From Salisapilia sapeloensis CBS 127946 (taxonomy: Eukaryota > Protista > Oomycota), in the NCBI GenBank assembly GCA_023334545.1, contig JAADVB010000208.1:1-33739 (forward strand): DNA of 33,739 nucleotides, in the 5' to 3' direction. Position 1 is the stretch's first letter; each line of letters opens with the position of its first letter. The translations under genes were made by a program, and so were the position numbers. Below are positions 9,341-17,971 of the stretch, piece after piece. Under the pieces are notes generated by a model, which was given only the letters and a program-made list of their open reading frames with translations, searched no databases and was not told the DNA's origin.

Positions 9341-10930
9341 TTATTCGACCTCATCGACTTCAAACCAACTTTCCGAGCAAAAGCTCAGGATCATACAACA
9401 AACGCCCCAGTTCAAATGGGTTTGAGATCCAGTCGAGATTGTTTCCAAGACATCTGCAGCCAGTCGGAAACTAGACGGAAAATCGTATCGACAACTTAGC
9501 GTCCACGTACGTGTGGCACTTATAATCGTGAATGCAAATGTACCACACTCACTCGGATTCGTCTTATGGATGTTGCGGTTGCATACATTGGAGGTGGAGT
9601 TTTCTTCAATGTTGCTCCACCGACCGGAAACAATTGCACCCTTTTCATCGACGGAGCCTTGGAAACGGTACGTGCCCACCTGCTTACCGACGACGAAGTC
9701 TTCGTCATACCACAGATGACTCCTCATCCATCGACCGTAAACAGTTCTCACTTGTGTGAACACTTCTTCTTGACAAGTGCCTTCGAGCGTACCGTTCGGA
9801 AGGAGTTTTATCTGCAACCGACTGCCGTACTCGTACCCATCTGCATCCATTGCTCGACCTTTCAGCTCATACCGTCCGGCTGTCAGAACATGGATGGCGT
9901 CATCGTCGTCATCGACATTTAGTATATTAGGCTCCTGTACAGGGTCTTTCTTCCATTTCTTGTCGGACGGCAGCCGTTGTTTGCGTTTTAATGAAAGGGT
10001 AAAGTTGCCACGACCTGCCTGATATTCGCTCAACTCTTCAACATCATCCACGTTGCGCCAACTGCCGCTGACGTCCGTTGGAGAGGTAACTGTCCCATAA
10101 TACTGGAACATACCGACGGCATCACGAACATGATACTCAAGTATGTACTCCAACCGGTTTGGAGCTTCCCACGACCCTTTTATAGGGCATGTTTGTGGAT
10201 AGCCGGTTTCTTGAGAAGTACCAGAGATGATGCCATCAGGGTGTAACCGCAAGGTGACGCAGCATTCTTCTCGTATTATACGACGCTTTCGCCCAGAACG
10301 CGTATTTTCATAAGCCGTCATCGTAGCACAGCCGTTGAAATAGTAGATGCCAGAAGAGAGTGGAGATAATTGAGAAGACTTTGGCTGTGGGTCAGCATGC
10401 CCCTTTGACAAGCGGAAGGTGCCATCGGAACGTGACGCCATGGAAACACGCGGAGAGGAAGTAGCATTGATAAGAGCATAAGAACCAGACATGACTTGTA
10501 GATCTTTAGAAACGTGGACTCGACAGTCATAGTACTCGTTATGAGATAAGTCTGGAGTACGCGAGAGTAGAAATTGGCAGCAGTATTTTGCTCGGAAGGA
10601 CCTGGATGGAGGTTGCTCACAGCACATTGAGCTTGTCGATTGCCTTCTCATTTTACCATTGTCTGTGGATTGTGTGCTTTTGCCTATCACAGTGTAGCTG
10701 CCCTGGATGTGACCCCACCTTACTACGCGATTGGAGATGTCGACTGATACACGATCTCGAGGTCCACGGTTCACACAGCCCGTAAGAACTCCAGAAGGCT
10801 TTAAGGTAAATTTGAAGTGGCTCAATGTAGGAATAAACTCTCCAAAAGTTCCTTCAAAAGATAACTTTACTTTCTCTGGTTCCTCTCGCTGGAAAAGCTT
10901 GGTACTAGGAGCCATGACCGACGATACCAT
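9341..10930 (-). CDS. Hypothetical 529-aa protein with three internal beta-rich repeats and a C-terminal FP-x-x-FR...ILSF...WF motif
   Basis: Long uninterrupted ORF between DAD1 and the EGF gene. Visible internal repeats (LKPSGVLTG / LHPDGIISG / LLPNGTLEG). Confidence 0.75.
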   Translation of the reverse strand: MVSSVMAPSTKLFQREEPEKVKLSFEGTFGEFIPTLSHFKFTLKPSGVLTGCVNRGPRDRVSVDISNRVVRWGHIQGSYTVIGKSTQSTDNGKMRRQSTSSMCCEQPPSRSFRAKYCCQFLLSRTPDLSHNEYYDCRVHVSKDLQVMSGSYALINATSSPRVSMASRSDGTFRLSKGHADPQPKSSQLSPLSSGIYYFNGCATMTAYENTRSGRKRRIIREECCVTLRLHPDGIISGTSQETGYPQTCPIKGSWEAPNRLEYILEYHVRDAVGMFQYYGTVTSPTDVSGSWRNVDDVEELSEYQAGRGNFTLSLKRKQRLPSDKKWKKDPVQEPNILNVDDDDDAIHVLTAGRYELKGRAMDADGYEYGSRLQIKLLPNGTLEGTCQEEVFTQVRTVYGRWMRSHLWYDEDFVVGKQVGTYRFQGSVDEKGAIVSGRWSNIEENSTSNVCNRNIHKTNPSECGTFAFTIISATRTWTLSCRYDFPSSFRLAADVLETISTGSQTHLNWGVCCMILSFCSESWFEVDEVE

Positions 10931-11310
10931 TAGCTCGTTCTTTCGTGTTTTATTTCGTTGTCAAGATCCATTTGATTGGTGAAAATGTATATACAATCAT
11001 ATGATTTGTTGAAAAGATGATCATTCTCATGCATGCAATTTTGTAGGTCAGTACGAATGGAGTTTAATTTATTGAGCATATTTGAAGTGGAGATCTTAAA
11101 GAGGCAAAGGAGGGGGTTTCATGTCGTATGGAAGCGATTGCCCAGCTCGAAACTACCGAGCACTCGTTTTGGGATTGATCAAGGCTGTTGCTTGAAATGG
11201 GAAGCGACGCCTATTTCGAAGTGGCCCTTCAGCTCATTTGACCCTGCACAAGAGCTCACATTCCCAGTTCCATCAAGTTACCACGTCTGGTCTACCTCGT
11301 CCAACTCGCC

Positions 11311-11976
11311 ATGGTTCTAGTCAAACACGTGAGCTTCCTCCTACTAGTTGCAGCTTATTATCTAGCTCCATCGGACGCCTACTGTCCCAATGGCTGTAAT
11401 GCACAAGGCACGTGCGGTGTAAATGACAAGTGCACATGCTTCTTGCGTCAGGACGAAGCAACAGCTGGGTACCCAGCTTACACTGGTGCAGACTGTTCAG
11501 AGCGTACATGCCCGTACGGAGATGCTTGGGTGACTTACCCTGTTGGTGATGACCTGGGCCATCCGCTACGAGAGTGCTCGAACCAGGGCAAGTGTGATCG
11601 TGTCTCGGGTCTATGCCAGTGCTTTCCTGGGTACGAAGGTAAAGCGTGTGAACGAACGGTGTGTCCGAACGACTGCAACGGTCGCGGTATTTGCTTGACT
11701 TTGAAAGCGATGATCGCTGGCGACAAGACGCCACCGGCTGCGTACACAGCGTGGGACGCGGAGAAGCAAATGGGCTGCTTCTGTGACAAAGGATACAGCG
11801 GTCCGGACTGTTCGATTAAAGAGTGTCCGAGTGGCAAAGACGTTTTAAATGCATATGGTGCGGAGGAAGGTCGTGCGTGTGGTGGTCGTGGCAAGTGCAA
11901 CCACGACACGGGCAATTGTGAGTGCTTCCCTGGTTACTATGGCACGTCTTGCCGTTACCAGACGACAGTGAACTAA
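11311..11976 (+). CDS. Secreted EGF/tenascin-repeat protein, stramenopile mastigoneme-type (Sig2/Sig3, Ocm2/3, Mas2/3-like)
   Basis: Signal peptide, then CPNGCNAQGTC...DCSERTCP...AW...AH-like (GHP)...ECSNQGKCDRVSGLCQCFPGYEGKACER..CPNDC...WDA.K..GC.CD.GY.GPDCS..ECPSG...CGGRGKC...G.C.CFPGYYG. 221 aa. The EGF call is firm; the mastigoneme call rests on recalled family pattern. Confidence 0.8.
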   Translation: MVLVKHVSFLLLVAAYYLAPSDAYCPNGCNAQGTCGVNDKCTCFLRQDEATAGYPAYTGADCSERTCPYGDAWVTYPVGDDLGHPLRECSNQGKCDRVSGLCQCFPGYEGKACERTVCPNDCNGRGICLTLKAMIAGDKTPPAAYTAWDAEKQMGCFCDKGYSGPDCSIKECPSGKDVLNAYGAEEGRACGGRGKCNHDTGNCECFPGYYGTSCRYQTTVN

Positions 11977-12185
11977 ATTCGTACTTGATTATCGCAACGA
12001 CAGGTGAGATATATGACTTTAGAAGCACTATAACAAGGTTTATTCGACAACTTTTCGCTTGATTTGTTTCTTTTCTCACTCTTGAAACGTACATAAACGC
12101 TTAAAAGGCAACATTAGAGATACTGAAAGGGTGGAACATGTCTAAAACGATGTACTTGTTTCATCAGGTGCAGATCTGTATCTGA

Positions 12186-12649
12186 TTATTCAATGATGAG
12201 CTCGTCAATGGACCAGTCTTCAAAAGAGTTGTCCGGTAAATAGCGTCGGATGATGATCGGAATCTTCCGTTCACGTAGCTCCTTCATGGCAATCTTGAGT
12301 GGGTCCGTCTCGCCCTCAATGTCGACCATCACCGGAGCATTCATGCTATGAAATGCCATTCGAGTCAGCTGTCTACTTATGTATTGAATTTTTGTGCTGA
12401 AAGAGCATACCTGATTTGAAGAGCTCGCGTGCCGAGTACACGCGCACGTTCGTATTTGGTCATGTAATGCGTGGTGATGCGAGTGGCATTGGGCTGTTTG
12501 TGCGAAGCATCGAGGATCGCGACGTTCTGTTCGTCGTCATTGTCCTCTGGCTGATCATACATGTCCTCCTCGACTTCCTCCTCTACCTCTACCGGCTCTT
12601 CATCCTCAACGTCATTCCCAGCTCCGTCGTGATCATACTCTTCGTCCAT
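12186..12649 (-). CDS. RPB6: RNA polymerase I/II/III common subunit RPB6 (2 exons: 12649-12411, 12345-12186)
   Basis: Acidic N-terminus and [24 protein letters not shown] 65-nt GTATGC..CATAG intron restores [53 protein letters not shown]. Confidence 0.96.
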
Positions 12650-12863
12650 TTTCGCACGACTTTCGGTATCGTTTTGAATGGCTAATGCGATCGTACTTGA
12701 TCGAAACGATAAAATCCACAAGGGTCGTATACCCTTCAACCTAACTTCAAGGACACACCAGATTCGAAAGAGGGAAGAGAATGCATTGTCACTTGTACGT
12801 TTATTCCACTGTTCACGAAGAAGATCTATCGAATATATGGTCTACGGTATTCTTTTTATAAAA

Positions 12864-13448
12864 TCAGACAGACGTTGGCGTGGCTTGGATGCGAAGTCCA
12901 GCTAGATAGAGTTGATCAATTTCTTCATGAAACTCTTCTAGTTTGTCTTGGTCATGATGACGGTATTTAATCTTGGTACTTAGTGACTTTCTCCCACACT
13001 CGTGTACGAACATAGTTATGTTGTTTAGTAAGATGTCAAAGTCATCCATCCAGTTTACTGGCATGGGACACTTCTTGATCTTTTGCGCCAGATCAACAAT
13101 CCGGCGAACGAGGTGCCGAAGTTGCTGTCGCTTGCGTTTGAATACCAACTGTGTGACAGAATCAAATGCCATCTTCCCAAAAGCCACTGCGCCACATGCG
13201 GCGGAGACGCTTGGCTCACCAAGTACTGGGATATCCAATTGTGGGATTCGAGCTTTGAACGAGGCGTCACAGAGCTCGGCTGCTTTCACGAGTGCCACAA
13301 CTCGATCCCAGTACGTCTCATGCGACTCGATACTCCCAGAAGCCGTGGAATTTGTCACAGTATTCGTGTTACTGACGAAAAACGTAGTAGATGTTGATGG
13401 AGTGCTTCCGACGGAGGCTCCGGAGCTAGTGCGATGTGAAGCTTCCAT
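12864..13448 (-). CDS. Small protein: S/T/N-rich N-terminus + putative MLKL-NTD/RPW8/HeLo-like four-helix bundle (4HB-A)
   Basis: 194-aa ORF from a true ATG. IPVLG...KRQQLRHLVRRIVDLA...LLNNITMFV...KSLSTKIKYRHHDQDKLEEFHEEIDQL follows the helical pattern of MLKL_NTD-type domains. Paralogous to 14334-14927. Confidence 0.7.
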   Translation of the reverse strand: MEASHRTSSGASVGSTPSTSTTFFVSNTNTVTNSTASGSIESHETYWDRVVALVKAAELCDASFKARIPQLDIPVLGEPSVSAACGAVAFGKMAFDSVTQLVFKRKRQQLRHLVRRIVDLAQKIKKCPMPVNWMDDFDILLNNITMFVHECGRKSLSTKIKYRHHDQDKLEEFHEEIDQLYLAGLRIQATPTSV

Positions 13449-14284
13449 CCTTACCGTCCAAAGGGCTTAGTGTAGACAACGCGAAAGACAAAGTGAGTCG
13501 ACGGGAGTTGTGATGAAGCTATGGGCATAATCGACGGTTGTGCCGTGCATCTTAGAAGTGCAATTGGGAAAAGCTAAAAGTTTATAGGTCTATCGAAGAC
13601 CTGATGAACAAGTCATACGAGGGAGGTGCATTATGCGCTTAGATGGTCGCATGGGCATCCAAGTACAATAGCATACAGCCCAACGTTTGGGAGATCCAGA
13701 CATGTATTATAGAATTAGACTGTTCTTGCACTAGGTATCGAATGCAACAATTGACAAGTGCCAAGACCACTTCAAGTGCAAAAAGGATCCGTTAGGTCTA
13801 CCTATAGGTGTCAGAGAGCCTACTCTAGTAGTGTATCTATGTGATTGTATACTCTTTTGTACCACAAAACGCTTGTTCAGGGTAAAGATACGAGATGGAT
13901 AAGATACGCAAATGGTGCACGCCTGGTGTAATCCATCGAATGTCCCTAGAATATCACCATGGAAGTTTAACAGTGTTTTCTGTACCTTTCATGGCAGCTG
14001 ATTGATTGCAGGTAGCTGTGGGCCAACAAATGAAAGTAGGTGTGATTGCCAAGACGGTGATGGGATGCAAGCAGGTGCCATTAGCCTTTGTTCGCTACCT
14101 ACATGACCCCTTTCAAAGTAGGAAGATAATGCACGAAACTTCTAGGAAAGCGTTTGGAACTCGATGCATACAGATTTATGAGCAACTGCAGTAGATTTTC
14201 TCGTATATAGTTCCAACCACGTCACTGGCAGCCTGACCTGGTCGCTCTCATCTGAGTTGATTGAAAAGATCTCGCTACGTTTGA

Positions 14285-14300
14285 TCATTCTCCAATTTCT
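14285..14300 (+). promoter_or_regulatory. Oomycete core promoter INR+FPR
   Basis: TCATTCTCCAATTTCT lies 49 nt upstream of ATG 14334; near-canonical match. Confidence 0.7.
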
Positions 14301-14333
14301 AGCGCACAGCACACTGCATCAGGAAATTTCGAT

Positions 14334-14927
14334 ATGAATAACTTTGTGAGCGAAGCGAGTGACTTTGGTGTAATCATCTTGCTTCTATTTGCAGTTGTCA
14401 ATGCCCTCCAAGGCCGAAATCCTACGGTACCTCACGCCATCCACGGCCGGGCTTCAGAACCACCTCAGCTCACGGTTCAGTTAAACAACTACAATAGCAG
14501 CAATACAGAACAAGCGTCAAGTGCGCCACGAAAACTGGACATACCCAAGCTCGAACATCACTCGCATCTATTCGAGACTGCTGGAAGTAGGTCTGGAACA
14601 CCTTCAACGCACCCTCTAAAGGTTGTCGTCGACAATATCATTGCTAATGTTGGCGCCCACAAGTGCGACAAACTTCAATTTCTCGCTCGTCGTGTTCATG
14701 CCATCGCAAAGGCCATGTACGAGCATGACCAGTCCAGTCAGGTTACTCGCTGGTTTCACGCTACCTTTGATCTGTTAAAGAAGATTGAAAAGTTTACTCG
14801 TGACAGTAATCAAATGAAAGGCTTGAAGAAATGGTCTGGCAGATGTCACGATCGGAAACAATTGCGGCAACTGCATCTCGACATCGATCAACTACTGGCA
14901 GATCAATTCGAATCATCGTTTACCTAA
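14334..14927 (+). CDS. Small protein: hydrophobic/low-complexity N-terminus + putative MLKL-NTD-like four-helix bundle (4HB-B)
   Basis: 197-aa ORF with a canonical promoter. KCDKLQFLARRVHAIA...LLKKIEKFT...KGLKKWSGRCHDRKQLRQLHLDIDQLL aligns by eye with 4HB-A. N-terminal structure (signal peptide versus intron) is uncertain. Confidence 0.7.
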   Translation: MNNFVSEASDFGVIILLLFAVVNALQGRNPTVPHAIHGRASEPPQLTVQLNNYNSSNTEQASSAPRKLDIPKLEHHSHLFETAGSRSGTPSTHPLKVVVDNIIANVGAHKCDKLQFLARRVHAIAKAMYEHDQSSQVTRWFHATFDLLKKIEKFTRDSNQMKGLKKWSGRCHDRKQLRQLHLDIDQLLADQFESSFT

Positions 14928-14940
14928 GCACTTAGTCTAT

Positions 14941-15699
14941 TCAAAATAGATGTTTCTTCTTCTTTTGTTTCTTCCGCGCGACTTGGATGTTGCGTTCTTG
15001 CCAGTTGCTTTTGGACAGCTTCACGGGGCGATTGCCAATGTACCGTCCGTTCATTTCTCGCAACGCCTTGGCACAGTCAAAGGCATCACTGAAACTAACA
15101 AAGCCAAAGCCTTTCGACTTGTGCGTATGTTTATCTCGCACGACACGAGCTTTCTGGAAACTGTCGTATCGAACAAAAGACTGGGCGAGAAGCTCATCCG
15201 AGACTTCGTTGCCCAAGTCACCACAAAAGAGTCGAAAGTCATTTTCGGGCCATTCATCCAACGTCGGGTCTTCCCAGATTTGTCCCCCTGCCATTCGAAC
15301 GTGCTTTTTACCCTTTTTGTATGGCTGTAAAATGTTATTAGGCGGTGGAACGTCTGTTGGAAGACGTGGCTGAAAGGTGGCTGAAGCTGGGAGTGGTGCT
15401 GGCTGGTTATTAGCAGGCTGCGAGGGTGCAGATATGGCTGATCTGTGTGCATGAACAGCGTCGATCGTGTTCGGGACGGTGTGAGACGCTGGAGCTTGGG
15501 ATTGACTCGCTTGCGTATTAACTTTCTTGACTGGAGCAGGACGAGGTGGTGCCATGTATACCTTTGGAGCAGCCACCTTTTCCTTTTTAGCTAGTGGTGC
15601 CTTTATTTGCTCTTCTTCATCGTCTCGAGGCCTTTTCTTCGACTCGGTCTGCTCGAGCGATTTTAATTCAGCTTCAAATCGCGCCAATTCGTCATCCAT
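14941..15699 (-). CDS. RBM42: RRM protein, RBM42-like
   Basis: RMAGGQIWEDPTLDEWPENDFRLFCGDLGNEVSDELL...KSKGFGFVSF...REMNGRYIGNRPVKL, diagnostic of the RBM42 RRM. Confidence 0.9.
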   Translation of the reverse strand: MDDELARFEAELKSLEQTESKKRPRDDEEEQIKAPLAKKEKVAAPKVYMAPPRPAPVKKVNTQASQSQAPASHTVPNTIDAVHAHRSAISAPSQPANNQPAPLPASATFQPRLPTDVPPPNNILQPYKKGKKHVRMAGGQIWEDPTLDEWPENDFRLFCGDLGNEVSDELLAQSFVRYDSFQKARVVRDKHTHKSKGFGFVSFSDAFDCAKALREMNGRYIGNRPVKLSKSNWQERNIQVARKKQKKKKHLF

Positions 15700-16093
15700 T
15701 GCAGTAAGCGTTTGTATAAATCGTAAAAGGTAGATAGATGGAGTATACTCGAGGGTATAAATGTGGTATGGAGAAGATAGAGAGGTTGATAGAGGAGCTA
15801 CAAGGGCGAATATACCTCCTAAATCGCTTTTGTTCGATTCGTTGTCAAAAACGTGTTGTCCTAGAATGTTCGAATTTTATTACATTCTAAATTCAAATCA
15901 ATATCGATTTGCTGCTACCTCTTAATTTGTATGAAATAAATGTATTTCTATGAACAGTCGCAATCAACACGCACACGAAGAGCTCCAAGTCGATTGATCC
16001 GACGCTCATCTTGTAGCACTCTTTACTCGCTTCTTGTACTCATCTGCAGCTTCTACCTTCCATTGATATCAACATCAGTCACAACTTACCCTA

Positions 16094-17947
16094 ATGACAC
16101 TTCAAACGGCATCGTCTGAGCAACCAGCAGCTTCCAAGAAGGGTGTAAATGCTACCAACCAACAAATGTCGGAAGAAGACTTTACATCATTATTCGAAGC
16201 TGCCATGCAGCGAAGTCAGGAAAACTCCAATGCAACCAACCCTTCTAACGAGAAGAACATTCAGATCACTCCAGATGAGCAGCAAAAGTTCGTAAAAGCC
16301 ATGGGTGATCCAGCATTTCGATCGTTATTGCAGGATTATATGCAAGAAATCAGTGATCCAGCGCATCGAGAGGAAACAGAGCAGTATTTATCTCAATTAG
16401 AAAAGGAAGACAAGCTCCCGGAAGGTCGAGAGCTACTAACACCGATCCCAGGCTTTGTCCTTAAAGCGAATTTCGATAGTAGAAAGCAGGGTGGTCGTAA
16501 AGAGACGAGTAAATTATTCATTAACGTTTGCTCTCACGCAAAGATCCAGCCTCCATCTAGTACAACAGTATCTGGAAGCCAGTCGAATCCTCATGGTACG
16601 TCTTGGCACCTTCCATACTCTTTCGGTCCGGAACGAGCGGAGAAAGATCATGCTGGGCAGGACGTACCGACTTTTGATGTCTGTTTCCACCCTCGGACAG
16701 TCGACAGTGCTCTGGGTCGAATTGACTTTAAGGACATGGTCGCCAAGATCTGTCTCGAGGCTGCACAGACGAGTCTGAGGCAAGCGAGGAAGCAGACGTC
16801 GCTGACTATTGTCATGGACAGCTATCGAGTTCTGAAAGGAGTCAAGTACAAGACTGGAAGACCAGTATCCATGTGCATTCGGACGTCCCAATCAAAGGAG
16901 ACAACTTCTAGAGAGGCAAAGGCAAAAGAGATAGATCGTTCATTGATGCGTCATGAAGAAGTAGAGGAAAAAGCCGAGGTGAAAGTGGACAAGCCTATTC
17001 GTAAGGTCCAGATTGAGGAAGTGGACGATACACCGATTGTCCACAAGGACACTTCGAAGAAAACGTTTATGTATCGTGTGGTGCATCGTGGGAATTTCAA
17101 TCTTTTGAATCATACGAATAGTCGGAATGTCGATGCAGATCGGCCGAAGGAACTTGTCGTGGACATTGAATGTCCAGATCGAATGTCTGCTGCTGGATTG
17201 CAACTGGATGTGAGTGACAAGTGTATCAAACTAAACGATACAAAAGGAGTGTATGAGTCACTAGAAGTACAACTACCTTATGTGGTCGTGGAAGCGAAAG
17301 GAAGTGCTCGATTTGATAAGCAAAAGCAACAGCTCAAGGTCACGCTACCAGTGCAGCCACCTGTCCAAGAAGAGCGACGGATGGAGATGCCGATTGAAGA
17401 AGTGGAGTCGGAAGAAGAGGATACTTCAGTGACTTCTGAGAGCAAGTTGGAAGAAGAGGACAGTTTAGAAGCTTCGGAGGACAAGTGGGAAGTGGTGGAT
17501 AAAGTATCACCGCCTAAGAAGATGGAGGAGAAAGAGGATGAGTTCAAGTACTTGAAAGAGACGATGGGAATGGTGCAAGAAGACACTTTGTATCATACGA
17601 AAGCCAAGGAAAAGAAGCAAGTTACTTGGACGACACCAACGTATATCCTCCAAGAGACGGATTCGTGTCTATCTTACATCATCGACGTCGCGTCTATTCA
17701 AAAGGATACTGTTCACATAACGTCCACTTCAAATGGTTTTGATCTGGAGTTTAAAGCTGGAGAGTCGAATGCTCCGTATCACTTGACTGTCGATAATATG
17801 TCTACATCGGTCGCATCTGATCCGAAAGTGGACGTCGCGACGGAAAACATGGTGGTCATCTACACGAAACGCAGTCATCCATCGTCGACACCAAACGTCC
17901 CCGACCCACTCTCGTTTCAAAATGAACTCGTGTATGAATTGGATTAA
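16094..17947 (+). CDS. DNAAF2: Protein kintoun / dynein axonemal assembly factor 2 (PIH1 + CS-like domains)
   Basis: FRSLLQDYMQEISDP...EQYLSQLE, PIPGFVLK, KLFINVC, WHLPYS, FDVCFHP, RPKELVVDIECP, LPYVV...SARFDK...LKVTLPV, and C-terminal FQNELVYELD. Confidence 0.9.
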   Translation: MTLQTASSEQPAASKKGVNATNQQMSEEDFTSLFEAAMQRSQENSNATNPSNEKNIQITPDEQQKFVKAMGDPAFRSLLQDYMQEISDPAHREETEQYLSQLEKEDKLPEGRELLTPIPGFVLKANFDSRKQGGRKETSKLFINVCSHAKIQPPSSTTVSGSQSNPHGTSWHLPYSFGPERAEKDHAGQDVPTFDVCFHPRTVDSALGRIDFKDMVAKICLEAAQTSLRQARKQTSLTIVMDSYRVLKGVKYKTGRPVSMCIRTSQSKETTSREAKAKEIDRSLMRHEEVEEKAEVKVDKPIRKVQIEEVDDTPIVHKDTSKKTFMYRVVHRGNFNLLNHTNSRNVDADRPKELVVDIECPDRMSAAGLQLDVSDKCIKLNDTKGVYESLEVQLPYVVVEAKGSARFDKQKQQLKVTLPVQPPVQEERRMEMPIEEVESEEEDTSVTSESKLEEEDSLEASEDKWEVVDKVSPPKKMEEKEDEFKYLKETMGMVQEDTLYHTKAKEKKQVTWTTPTYILQETDSCLSYIIDVASIQKDTVHITSTSNGFDLEFKAGESNAPYHLTVDNMSTSVASDPKVDVATENMVVIYTKRSHPSSTPNVPDPLSFQNELVYELD

Positions 17948-17971
17948 TAAAGCAACATACACTTATGTCCT

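Noticed and set aside
13449-14333. Inverted DNA homology between the promoters of the two 4HB genes
   Set aside because: Comparing the reverse complement upstream of 13448 with the sequence upstream of 14334 by eye showed no shared blocks, so the duplication is old or the promoters were replaced.
14334-14600. RXLR or CRN effector call for the signal-peptide-bearing 4HB-B protein
   Set aside because: No RXLR-dEER or LFLAK/HVLV motif is present.
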